NCBI GenBank assembly: GCA_963748215.1
Contig: CAVVHS010000007.1
Location: 224,001-288,000 of the forward strand
From: an uncultured Gammaproteobacteria bacterium
Lineage (GTDB): Bacteria; Pseudomonadota; Gammaproteobacteria; UBA9214
DNA: 64,000 bases
Direction of reading: 5' to 3'
Shown: piece after piece, positions 1 through 8,921 of the stretch
Layout of the letters: each line of letters opens with the position of its first letter
Position numbering within the stretch: position 1 is the stretch's first letter
The notes under the pieces: model-generated
The model's input: only the letters and a program-made list of their open reading frames with translations
Told to the model about the DNA's origin: nothing
The model's database searches: none
Program-made: the position numbers and the translations under genes

Positions 1-4
1 ATTC

Positions 5-104
5 AACCTCTTTGGTTGTTTATGCATAAAATAAACCATAAAGGTTTAATTTGTCAAATATCAACTAAATTGGTTAAAAATAGTGGTTTTCAACTAAACA
101 GGTT
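5..104. promoter_or_regulatory. Array of four 13-bp imperfect palindromic boxes (AACY-N5-GGTT) with exact 29-bp period; putative operator array
   Basis: AACCTCTTTGGTT (5-17), AACCATAAAGGTT (34-46), AACTAAATTGGTT (63-75) and AACTAAACAGGTT (92-104), in very AT-rich DNA upstream of lhr. Confidence 0.6.
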
Positions 105-194
105 GAATAGATCATATGGAAATATTTTTATATATATCAGTATATTATAGATATCATCCGTACTGTCGGCCATTCTGCTATAAGTGATTACGCA

Positions 195-3100
195 ATGACG
201 TCCTCCGGTTTCCATCCAGCCGTTTCGAACTGGTTCGGTTCGCATTTCGACCGGCCGACCGACGTGCAGGCCCGCGCCTGGCCGGCGATCCGGAACGGTC
301 GGGCCTGCCTGATCGCGGCGCCGACCGGCTCGGGCAAGACGCTGGCCGCGTTCCTGGCGGCCATCGATCAACTGCTGGTGGAAGGCCTGGCCGCGCCGTT
401 GCCGGATGAGACCCGGGTGCTGTATGTCTCGCCGCTGAAGGCCCTGTCCAACGACATCCACAAGAACCTCGAGCTGCCGCTGAACGGCATCCGCGACCAG
501 TTGCTGGAGGCGGGACTGTTTGATGTGCCCATCACCGCACGGGTGCGCAGCGGCGATACCTCGCCCGCGGAACGGCAGGCGATGAAGCGCAACCCGCCGC
601 ACATCCTGGTCACCACGCCGGAGTCGCTCTACATCCTGCTGACCTCGGATTCGGGCCGGGCCATGCTGCGCACCGTGCGCTCGGTGATCGTCGACGAGAT
701 CCACGCCCTGGCGGGGAACAAGCGCGGCGCCCACCTCAGCCTGTCGCTGCAGCGCCTCGATGCCCTGTGCGAACGGCCGCCCGTGCGCATCGGCCTGTCC
801 GCCACGCAGAAGCCGGTGGAGACGATGGCCGCGTTTCTCACCGGTCATCCGCATGACGATGCGGCTTGTCCGTGTCACATCATCGATACCGGCCATGTGC
901 GCAAGCGCGATATTCGGCTGGAGATCACCGGCTCCCCCCTGGAGGCGGTGATGGCCAACGAGGTCTGGGCCGAGATCTATGATCGCCTGGCGCAGCTGGC
1001 CGAGGTCCATCGCACCACGCTCATCTTCGTCAACACGCGCCGCCTCGCGGAACGGGCCGCCGCGGCACTGGCCGAGCGCCTGGGTGAAGGAGCGGTCACC
1101 GCCCATCACGGCAGCCTGGCCAAGGAACACCGGCTCGATGCGGAACAGCGTCTGAAACAGGGCCAGCTGCGCGCCCTGGTGGCCACCGCCTCGCTGGAAC
1201 TGGGTATCGATATCGGCGACGTGGACCTGGTCTGCCAGATCGGTTCGCCCGGCGCCATTGCCACCTTCCTGCAACGCGTCGGGCGCTCGGGTCACGCCGT
1301 GGAAGCCACGCCGAAGGGGCGGCTGTTTCCCCTGTCGCGCGACGACCTGGTGGAATGCACGGCACTCCTCGATGCCATTCGCCGCGATGAACTCGACGTG
1401 ATCCACATCCCCGACCATCCGCTGGATGTGCTGGCGCAGCAGATCGTCGCCGAGGTGGCGAGCCGCGAGTGGGACGAGGCGGAACTCTACCGGTGTTTCA
1501 GCCAGGCCTGGCCGTACCGGGGGTTGAGCCAGACGCAGTTTGCCGCCACGGTGAAAATGCTCAGTGAAGGCTTTCATACCCGCCGCGGCCGGCGCAGTGC
1601 CTACCTGCACCGCGATGCCGTGCATGGCGTGTTACGACCCCGCAAGGGCGCGCGCCTCACGGCCCTGCTCAACGGCGGCGCGATCCCCGACCAGTTCGAC
1701 TACGATGTGATCATGCAGCCGCAGGGGGTGTTCGTCGGCACCCTGAACGAGGACTTCGCCTTTGAAAGCCTGCCCGGGGATATCTTTCAGCTGGGCAACC
1801 AGTCCTACCGCATGCTGAAGATCGAGCAGGGCCGGGTGTACGTGGAAGACGCCCATGGCCAGCCGCCGAATATCCCGTTCTGGTTCGGCGAGCGGCCGGG
1901 GCGCAGCGATGAGCTGTCCCAGGCCGTGTCGCGCCTGCGCCGCACGCTGGACGAACAGCTGCAGCAGGGGCAGGACGCCGCGCTGCGCTATCTGACCGAC
2001 ACACTGGCCTTGCCGCCCGGTGCGGCCGAGCAGCTGGTCGCTTATCTCGCCGCGGCGCAGGCGGCGCTGAGCAAGATTCCGACGCAGGAGCATCTCGTCT
2101 TTGAACGCTTCTTCGACGAGACCGGCGACATGCACTTCGTCATCCATTCGCCCTACGGTTCGCGCATCAACCGCGCCTGGGGGCTGGCTCTGCGCAAGCG
2201 CTTCTGCCGGCGCTTCAATTTCGAATTGCAGGCCGCGGCCACGGAAGACAATATCATCCTGTCGCTGGGGCCCACGCACAGTTTTCCCCTCGATGAACCG
2301 GCCCGCTACCTGAAATCCGCCAGCGTCCGGGACGTGCTGGTGCAGGCCCTGCTGGCCGCGCCGATGTTCCCGGTGCGCTGGCGCTGGGTCACCAACACTG
2401 CGCTGGCGGTGCCGCGCAATCGCGGCGGCAAGAGGGTGCCACCGCCGTTCCAGCGCAACAGCGCCGAGGACCTGATCGCCCTGATCTTTCCCGATCAGCT
2501 GGCCTGCGCGGAGAACATCGCCGGGGACCGCGAGGTGCCCGAACATCCGCTGGTCGACCAGGTGGTGGCGGATTGCCTGCATGACCTGATGGACATCGAC
2601 GGCCTGGTCCGGCTGCTGGAAGGGATCGAGACGCAGCGCATCGCGATCACCACGCGCGATCTCGCCACGCCCTCGCCGATGGCGCTGGAGATCATCAACG
2701 CCCGGCCCTTTGCCTTTCTCGATGACGGGGCCGCCGAGGAACGCCGCACCCTGGCCATCAGCCAGCAACGCCATCTCGACCCGGTGGATGCCGCCGGGAT
2801 CGGCACCCTCGATCCCGCGGCCATCGCGCAGGTCCGGCAGGAGGCCTGGCCGCAGGCCGGCACGTTCGACGAGTTGCACGATGCGCTGCTGGTGCTGGGA
2901 TTCGTGACGGTGGCGGAAGGCGAGGCCGGGGGCTGGGAGTCGCGGATGCAGCGCCTGCAGGTACAGCAGCGTGCCACGGTCGTCAGTCTCGAACACGGTG
3001 CCGTGCTGTGGGTGGCGGCGGAGCGCTTGCATCATGTGCTGACGCTGTTTGCGGACGCGCCGCGCGATCCCGTCATCGCGCCCGTGGAGCCGGTGCCCGA

Positions 3101-4502
3101 GGACCGGATTGAGGCGCTGACCGAACTGCTGCGCAGTCGCCTGGAAGGGCTGGGTCCGGTCACGGTGTCTGCGCTGAATGCGCCGCTGGGCCTGGCGTTG
3201 ACCGAGGTGGAGGCGAGCCTGCTGGCCCTGCAGCAGGAAGGCTTTGCCATTCAGGGGCACTTCTCGCAGGCCAGTGAAACCGAATGGTGCGAGCGCGGCC
3301 TGCTGGCGCGCATTCACCGTTACACCGTCAAGCAATTACGCAGCGAGATCGACCCGGTCAGTCCGGCGGATTTCATGCGCTTCCTGTTTCACTGGCACGG
3401 CCTGGATGAACCGGCGGAAGGGGAGGCCGCGCTGGAACGCAGCCTGCAGCAACTGGAAGGCATTCCACTGGCGGCCGCCAGCTGGGAGCAGGATGTGCTG
3501 CCGGCGCGCATACGCGACTTTTCGACCGCGCAACTGGATCACCTCTGCCAGTCCGGCCGCTTTGTCTGGCTGCGGCTGCAGCCACCGGCGGCGGGCAGGG
3601 ATGACCGGCACAAGAACCCGGCCGTGAAGAGCACGCCGATCAGTTTCATCCGTCGCGAGCACCAGGGCGACTGGCGCGACCATACGGAGCTGGTCGATGC
3701 GGCCGCGGTCACGCTGTCGGGCCATGCAGGCAAGGTGCTCGACAGCCTGAAACAGTGGGGCGCCAGTTTTTTCCAGGACCTGCTGGATGACACCCGCCTG
3801 TTGCCGGTGCAGCTGGAAACCGCGCTGGGCGAGCTGGTGGCCTGGGGGCTGATCACCTCGGACAGTTTCAGCGGCCTGCGCACCCTCATCACCCCGCAAC
3901 CGGTGCTGCGCCGGCGCGGCAAACGCCGGCCGGGTTACCAGCCCCTGGCCCAGGCCGGACGCTGGTCGCTGTTGCGACCGGCCCGGCCGCCTCGCGAGGA
4001 CCAGAACCGGTTTGCCTCCGTCGAACATATTGCACGCGTACTGCTCAGGCGCTACGGCGTGGTGTTCCGCAAGCTGCTCGAACACGAAACCGGCCTGCCG
4101 CCGTGGCGCGACCTGCTCTATTGCTGCCGGCGCATGGAGGCGCGCGGTGAGCTGCGCGGTGGCCGTTTTGTGCAGGGTTTTGCCGGGGAACAGTTCGCCC
4201 TGCCGGACGCCATGCAGACCCTGCGCCGCATCCGTAATCAGGCGCAGGACGGCGCGCTGATCGCCATCGCCGCCACCGACCCGCTCAACCTGACCGGTTC
4301 CATCACCGCCGGCGACCGCGTCGCCCGCCAGGCGAACAACCGCATCCTGTACCGCGACGGCGTGCCCATCGCCACCAGCGTCGCCGGCGAGATCAACTAC
4401 CTGGCAACGATAGCACCGGAGGTGCAATGGGAGATCAAGACCACCCTGTTGCGGCAGACCCGTCCGGAACAGTTCCACCCGACGCCGCCGCGGTCGATTT
4501 AG
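195..4502 (+). CDS. lhr: ATP-dependent SF2 helicase Lhr (long form with C-terminal extension)
   Basis: 1435 aa; APTGSGKT, DEIH, GLSAT, TASLELGIDIG and QRVGRSGH motifs; C-terminal LLRRYGVVFR...RGGRFV..F.GEQFA region typical of long Lhr. Confidence 0.93.
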   Translation: MTSSGFHPAVSNWFGSHFDRPTDVQARAWPAIRNGRACLIAAPTGSGKTLAAFLAAIDQLLVEGLAAPLPDETRVLYVSPLKALSNDIHKNLELPLNGIRDQLLEAGLFDVPITARVRSGDTSPAERQAMKRNPPHILVTTPESLYILLTSDSGRAMLRTVRSVIVDEIHALAGNKRGAHLSLSLQRLDALCERPPVRIGLSATQKPVETMAAFLTGHPHDDAACPCHIIDTGHVRKRDIRLEITGSPLEAVMANEVWAEIYDRLAQLAEVHRTTLIFVNTRRLAERAAAALAERLGEGAVTAHHGSLAKEHRLDAEQRLKQGQLRALVATASLELGIDIGDVDLVCQIGSPGAIATFLQRVGRSGHAVEATPKGRLFPLSRDDLVECTALLDAIRRDELDVIHIPDHPLDVLAQQIVAEVASREWDEAELYRCFSQAWPYRGLSQTQFAATVKMLSEGFHTRRGRRSAYLHRDAVHGVLRPRKGARLTALLNGGAIPDQFDYDVIMQPQGVFVGTLNEDFAFESLPGDIFQLGNQSYRMLKIEQGRVYVEDAHGQPPNIPFWFGERPGRSDELSQAVSRLRRTLDEQLQQGQDAALRYLTDTLALPPGAAEQLVAYLAAAQAALSKIPTQEHLVFERFFDETGDMHFVIHSPYGSRINRAWGLALRKRFCRRFNFELQAAATEDNIILSLGPTHSFPLDEPARYLKSASVRDVLVQALLAAPMFPVRWRWVTNTALAVPRNRGGKRVPPPFQRNSAEDLIALIFPDQLACAENIAGDREVPEHPLVDQVVADCLHDLMDIDGLVRLLEGIETQRIAITTRDLATPSPMALEIINARPFAFLDDGAAEERRTLAISQQRHLDPVDAAGIGTLDPAAIAQVRQEAWPQAGTFDELHDALLVLGFVTVAEGEAGGWESRMQRLQVQQRATVVSLEHGAVLWVAAERLHHVLTLFADAPRDPVIAPVEPVPEDRIEALTELLRSRLEGLGPVTVSALNAPLGLALTEVEASLLALQQEGFAIQGHFSQASETEWCERGLLARIHRYTVKQLRSEIDPVSPADFMRFLFHWHGLDEPAEGEAALERSLQQLEGIPLAAASWEQDVLPARIRDFSTAQLDHLCQSGRFVWLRLQPPAAGRDDRHKNPAVKSTPISFIRREHQGDWRDHTELVDAAAVTLSGHAGKVLDSLKQWGASFFQDLLDDTRLLPVQLETALGELVAWGLITSDSFSGLRTLITPQPVLRRRGKRRPGYQPLAQAGRWSLLRPARPPREDQNRFASVEHIARVLLRRYGVVFRKLLEHETGLPPWRDLLYCCRRMEARGELRGGRFVQGFAGEQFALPDAMQTLRRIRNQAQDGALIAIAATDPLNLTGSITAGDRVARQANNRILYRDGVPIATSVAGEINYLATIAPEVQWEIKTTLLRQTRPEQFHPTPPRSI

Positions 4503-4504
4503 GT

Positions 4505-4610
4505 TGTTGGCCGAATGAATTCGACCAGCGGTGTTTCATCGTGCCCTGTAGGGTCGAATTCATTCGACCATTCACGAGCCAGTTGTTGGCCGAATGAATT
4601 CGGCCCTACA
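4505..4610. repeat. REP cluster, family R1 (GTAGGGYCGAATTCATTCGRCC), three copies
   Basis: GTAG-tagged hairpin copies at about 4509-4526, 4548-4569 and 4588-4609 in alternating orientation. Confidence 0.8.
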
Positions 4611-4713
4611 ACGGTAATCTGCTGAAATCAACGGCAATATGGATTCGCTTCCTTTATTCGCTTATAAATAAGATGGGGTTTGATATTGCAGCCATTCATG
4701 CCGGGAGTCCCCC

Positions 4714-5076
4714 ATGTCAGAAACATATACATGCTGGAAATGTGGAGGTACGTTGCCGGATCTCCTGATGCCATTGGCGCGACACGAGGAGTGCCCTCAC
4801 TGCCGGGCGCAGCTGCACGTGTGCCGAATGTGTGTGTTTTTTGATACGGCGGCGCCGCAGCAATGTCGGGAGCCGGTTGCCGACCTGGTGTCTGACAAGC
4901 AGCGCGCCAATTTCTGTGGATATTTCACGATCAATCCGCATGCCTTTTCCGCGCCCTCGGATCAGACCGCCGAGTCGCGTCGGCAGTTGGATGCATTGTT
5001 CAAGGGCGAGTCCTCTACGGCTGCATCAGAGGAAGACGAGTTGCGTGAGCAGGTGGAGCAGTTCTTCAAGAAGTGA
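4714..5076 (+). CDS. Small Cys-rich, probably Zn-binding, hypothetical protein
   Basis: 120 aa; CWKC...CPHC...HVCRMC...QC...NFC pattern; GGGAG RBS upstream. Confidence 0.75.
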   Translation: MSETYTCWKCGGTLPDLLMPLARHEECPHCRAQLHVCRMCVFFDTAAPQQCREPVADLVSDKQRANFCGYFTINPHAFSAPSDQTAESRRQLDALFKGESSTAASEEDELREQVEQFFKK

Positions 5077-5105
5077 TTTTTCAGATTGTGGTGAGGGATA
5101 CCCAA

Positions 5106-5376
5106 GGGTCGGACCTCGTCAACCCGTTGAAGTAGCTCAAATCAACACGTTAATTCAGGCCGCAATCCCGCCTTGGATGGTATTTTTCAGGGTAAAAAGG
5201 CGCATTCAAGTATTTGTGAACGCGCGATTTATCGCACAAAACATTCCGGAGTTCGTGAGTGCCTCGCAGGCCTTACAGGCACCCTATTGTGGCCGGAACA
5301 GGCGTTTTAAGCCCGAAAAGAACCTTTATCAGGGGTAAGAATCGAGTGATCTCAGTAAGTTGCCGAGGTCCGACCC
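5106..5376. mobile_element. MITE-like element family A, copy A1 (271 bp)
   Basis: TIR GGGTCGGACCTCGTCAAC / GTTGCCGAGGTCCGACCC; the interior aligns by eye with 11031-11301; no transposase. Confidence 0.75.
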
Positions 5377-5532
5377 CGTGCAACGAATCAGGTTATCAGG
5401 GGTAAGAATCGAGTGATCTCAGTAAGTTGCCGAGGTCCGACCCCGTGCAACGAATCAGCCAGTAAGTTGCCGAGGTCCGACCCCGTGCAACGAATCAGCG
5501 TGCAACCCGTGCAACGAATCAGACCCCGTGCA
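5326..5532 (+). repeat. Ladder of tandem duplications of the A1 right end
   Basis: Copies at 5326-5391, 5393-5458 (66 bp), 5460-5498 (39 bp) and 5506-5522, all ending ...GTGCAACGAATCAG, plus fragments. Confidence 0.85.
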
Positions 5533-5847
5533 GGTCACTCCAAGAGCTCAACACAGGCTCGGCCGAGCGTCCGCGTCTATTTTACCGGCCAGTGGGTCAC
5601 CGGTTGATCAGGAGGGACAGTGGAAGCTCCTTGTCACGCGTAGCGATCATGGCCAGACGCGTCTATGTTGATCGGTAAATATCAGCGGCGAATATTATCA
5701 ACATCGCAAAGAACAGGGGTGACAGGACACAATCTTTAACAATCAGGCGCGGGGTCAGATCCTGGTTTCAGTTAAAATCGGATAAAGCCGTTTTTGGATC
5801 CTGGTTTTGCGCACCTAACGTTTCATTTATTACAAAGGACAATTCTC

Positions 5848-6621
5848 ATGAGTATGTCAAATATGCTGGGCAAGTTGATCATGGCAGGTTTGGTCGCCAA
5901 AGGTGTCAGTATGGCGGGCGGCAAGAGCGGCAGTGCTGGCGGTGGTGGCATTGCCGGCGCACTGGGCGGGCTCCTGCGCGGCAATAAAAGCGGCAGTACT
6001 GGCGGTGGTGGTATTGCCGGCGCACTGGGCGGGCTGCTGGGCGGCGATCAACGCGCAACGACTGGCGGCAGTGCTGGCGGTGGTGATTTAGCCGGCGCAC
6101 TGGGCGGGCTGCTGGGTGGTAACCAAGGCGGGGCTGGCGGACTGGGTGATTTGCTCAGCGGCCTGGCCGGTGGTGGCGCTGCAAAAAAGGGTGGTGACAT
6201 TGGCGATATTCTTGGTTCATTTATGGGTGGCTCTAAGCAGGCGGCACAGATACAGCCCACGATTGACCAGGAACAGCAAGCAGAGATTTTGTTGCGGGCA
6301 ATGCTCAATGCAGTCAAATCCGATGGTCAAATTGACAAGGCCGAGCAAGAGCGGATCGTGGAACACCTGGGTGATGTTTCCGAATCGGAAAAGCAATTCC
6401 TCCATGATGAAATGTCAGCGCCGCTGGACATGGCTGCCTTTATTCGCAGCATTCCAAAAGGGATGGAACAACAGGTCTATCTTTTATCGCTGACCTCGAT
6501 TGACCTGGATTGCAAAGCAGAAGCGCAGTATTTACATCAGTTGGCGCAAGGTCTGGGGATTTCCCAGCAGGCATGCAATCATATTCATCAGCAAGCTGGC
6601 GCGCCTGTGCTTTACAGCTAG
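5848..6621 (+). CDS. DUF533 / TerB-like membrane-associated protein with Gly-rich repeats
   Basis: LLRAMLNAVKSDGQID..EQ.RI and YLLSL..IDLD...E..YL..LA..L motifs; three GG(I/L)AGALGGLL repeats; AAGGA RBS before ATG 5848. Confidence 0.8.
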   Translation: MSMSNMLGKLIMAGLVAKGVSMAGGKSGSAGGGGIAGALGGLLRGNKSGSTGGGGIAGALGGLLGGDQRATTGGSAGGGDLAGALGGLLGGNQGGAGGLGDLLSGLAGGGAAKKGGDIGDILGSFMGGSKQAAQIQPTIDQEQQAEILLRAMLNAVKSDGQIDKAEQERIVEHLGDVSESEKQFLHDEMSAPLDMAAFIRSIPKGMEQQVYLLSLTSIDLDCKAEAQYLHQLAQGLGISQQACNHIHQQAGAPVLYS

Positions 6622-6782
6622 GAGTCTGTCCGAGTAATCATGTTGCTACTGCGGCGGCGGGAAACCGGCCCATTGTTGCGCTCCTTCTCGTCAAATAGAA
6701 CAAGCTATTCTCCTCGGACGATCGCAAAACTGTCCTCGATTTCCCACTCGCCTCGCTACGCACAGATTACTCGGACAGGCTC
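6622..6782. mobile_element. MITE-like element (family E) with 18-bp TIR
   Basis: GAGTCTGTCCGAGTAATC ... GATTACTCGGACAGGCTC (1 mismatch), preceded by CTAG overlapping the stop codon of the upstream gene. Confidence 0.6.
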
Positions 6783-6800
6783 ATCGGAGTGATCAGTCGT

Positions 6801-6888
6801 GTAGCCTGGATGAAGCGCGGCGGAATCCGGGGCATCTTTTACTCAGGTCATACCGGATTCCGGTCCTTCGGGCCTGCATCCTGGCTAC
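6801..6888. repeat. REP doublet, family R4 (GTAGCCTGGATG...CGGAATCCGG)
   Basis: Inverted pair GTAGCCTGGATG / CATCCTGGCTAC with CGGAATCCGG / CCGGATTCCG. Confidence 0.65.
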
Positions 6889-6889
6889 A

Positions 6890-7040
6890 GCCTGTTGCCA
6901 TTGGACACAGGGAAGTCACCCTGTCCTGCGTCGCATTGCGCAGGTGAGCGTCATTTCCTGCACCATCAAGTCTATTGCATCACCACGGTTACCGGCGGTC
7001 GTCATTCTTTGTTCACGGATATCGCCGCAGTACGCCTGCT
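6890..7040 (-). repeat. 151-bp dispersed repeat (R1-associated spacer), copy 1
   Basis: Reverse complement aligns without gaps to 23717-23867. Confidence 0.8.
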
Positions 7041-7056
7041 CGGATGAAATGCCGCT

Positions 7057-7213
7057 GGTCGAATGAATTCGACCCTACAGACGATGAAACGCCGCTGGCC
7101 GAATGAATTCAAACCTGCAGTAGGGCCGAATTCATTCGGCCAACAGCCTGTTGCCATTGGAGTTCGTAGGGTGCGCTGAGCGCACCATTTCCGGTGCGCG
7201 AAACGCACCCTGC
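7057..7213. repeat. REP cluster (R1 x3 plus an R2 doublet, GTAGGGTGCG...CGCACC)
   Basis: R1 at 7057-7078, about 7097-7118 (degenerate) and 7120-7141; R2 at 7166-7186 and 7193-7213. Confidence 0.8.
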
Positions 7214-7259
7214 ATATACACTTGACCCCTTGAACTGGAGCAGCCATTCAAAGCTTGCC

Positions 7260-8921
7260 ATGCCAAAAGAAGAACCCACCTACAGCACCGCCCATGAACT
7301 GGCCGGGCGGCAGCGGGATATCTCGGTTTCCGAGTTCTTCCTGAAGAACCGGCATCTGCTCGGCTTCGATTCCCCTTCCAAGGCGTTGCTCATCACGATC
7401 AAGGAGGCCGTTGATAATGCACTGGATGCGTGCGAGGAGGCGGGGCTATTGCCCGAGATACGGGTGGAGATCGCGGATAACGGGGACCACATTTTCAGCG
7501 TGGTGGTAGAGGATAACGGCCCCGGGATCATGGAAAACCAGATCGCGCGCATTTTCGGCAAGCTGCTGTATGGCTCCCGGTTCCACAAGTTGAGTCAGTC
7601 GCGTGGTCAGCAGGGCATGGGCATCTCGGCCGCGGGTATGTATGCCCAGCTCACGACGGGCAAGTCGCTGCATGTCATCAGCCGTGTCCAGGGCGAGCCC
7701 ATGGCCTCCGAGCTGTTTGTCTCCATCGATACGGCAAAAAACCGGCCGGAGCTGCATGGCAAGAAGAGAATCGAGTGGGATCGCCCCCACGGCACGCGTG
7801 TGGAAGTGGAGATCGAGGGGCGTTACCTGAAAGGCATCCATTCCGTTGACATGTATCTGAAGCAGACGGCGATCGCCAATCCGCATGTCAGCTTTCATTT
7901 CAAGGGGCCGCGGGGCGAGGAGGCCAGCTACACCCGCAGCAGTACCGGGCTGCCGCCGCGTCCTACGGAGATCAAGCCGCATCCGCGCGGGGTCGAGCTG
8001 GGCCGGCTGATCCAGATGCTGAACAACACCGGCAGCCGTACCCTGCTGCAGTTCCTGGAGCACGAATTCTCGCGGGTGGGGCGCAAGACGGCCCGGGAGA
8101 TCGTGGCGCACGCCGGGCGCAAGCTGACCGAGCGGTCCCTGCCGAAACGCATCGCGCATGTGCAGGCCCAGGCCCTGTATCGCGCCATTAAAAAAGTGCC
8201 GGTGTCGGCGCCCAGGACCGATTGCATCGTGCCCATTGGTGAGGCGCAGTTGTACGAGGGCATGCGCAAGGAAATCGATGCCGATTTCTATATCGTTAAG
8301 ACCCGGCCGCCTGCGGTGTACCGGGGTAATCCCTTTCAGGTCGAGGTGGGGCTGGCCTGGGGCCGGCCCGGCGGCGACGAGCTGGCCGTGGATGCGGACG
8401 GCCGTATCCACAAGGCCGCGCACCACAAGCGCGACGTCTCGGAGGTGCTCGCCTTGCATGCCGAAGAGCCGGTCCACCTGCTGCGCTTTGCCAACCGGGT
8501 CCCGCTGCTCTACCAGCAGGAGGGCTGTGCCATTACCCGGGCCGTGCTGCAGACCAACTGGCGCGCCTATGGCCTGCAGCAGCCGAAGGGTGCGCTGCCC
8601 GTCGCACCCCTGGTGATCCTGGTGCACCTGGCCTCGGTCTGGGTGCCGTTTACCTCGGAGGCGAAGGAGGCGATCGCCCCCTATCCGGAAATCATCAAGG
8701 AGCTGAAACTGGGGCTGCAGGCCTGTGCGCGCAAACTGGCGGAACACCTGCGCCAGGACAACCGGCTGAAGCGCGAGTATGACAAGCGGTCGCACATCGA
8801 AAAATACCTGCCGCATGTGGGCATCGCCTTGCAGGAGATTCTCGGGCTGAGCGATGGAGAGCGGGACCAGTCGGTCGCGAAACTGGACGACGTGCTGCAG
8901 CACACTCGGAAGCTGCCATGA
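7260..8921 (+). CDS. top6B: DNA topoisomerase VI subunit B
   Basis: ISVSEFF.KN.HLLGFD start; GHKL motifs KEAVDNALDAC, EDNGPGI, QSRGQQGMGISA and HGT; IKPHP.G; FSRVG (H2TH); RFANRVPL, WRAYGL and VPFTSEAKE (transducer). Confidence 0.95.
   Translation: MPKEEPTYSTAHELAGRQRDISVSEFFLKNRHLLGFDSPSKALLITIKEAVDNALDACEEAGLLPEIRVEIADNGDHIFSVVVEDNGPGIMENQIARIFGKLLYGSRFHKLSQSRGQQGMGISAAGMYAQLTTGKSLHVISRVQGEPMASELFVSIDTAKNRPELHGKKRIEWDRPHGTRVEVEIEGRYLKGIHSVDMYLKQTAIANPHVSFHFKGPRGEEASYTRSSTGLPPRPTEIKPHPRGVELGRLIQMLNNTGSRTLLQFLEHEFSRVGRKTAREIVAHAGRKLTERSLPKRIAHVQAQALYRAIKKVPVSAPRTDCIVPIGEAQLYEGMRKEIDADFYIVKTRPPAVYRGNPFQVEVGLAWGRPGGDELAVDADGRIHKAAHHKRDVSEVLALHAEEPVHLLRFANRVPLLYQQEGCAITRAVLQTNWRAYGLQQPKGALPVAPLVILVHLASVWVPFTSEAKEAIAPYPEIIKELKLGLQACARKLAEHLRQDNRLKREYDKRSHIEKYLPHVGIALQEILGLSDGERDQSVAKLDDVLQHTRKLP

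Noticed and set aside
120-145. LexA/SOS box upstream of lhr
   Set aside because: Only the right half (TATATATCAGTA) is present; the CTG left arm is missing.
90-4478. Long minus-strand ORFs opposite lhr, and similar shadow ORFs opposite top6B, kbl, tdh and the alcohol dehydrogenase
   Set aside because: Typical antisense shadows of high-GC3 genes with no recognisable motifs.
5326-5532. Possible CRISPR array
   Set aside because: The repeats vary in length, have no unique spacers and derive from the adjacent element end; there are no cas genes.
4832-5607. ORFs crossing element A1 as a possible transposase remnant
   Set aside because: No HUH or DDE motifs, and the reading frame is not evidently preserved in copy A2.
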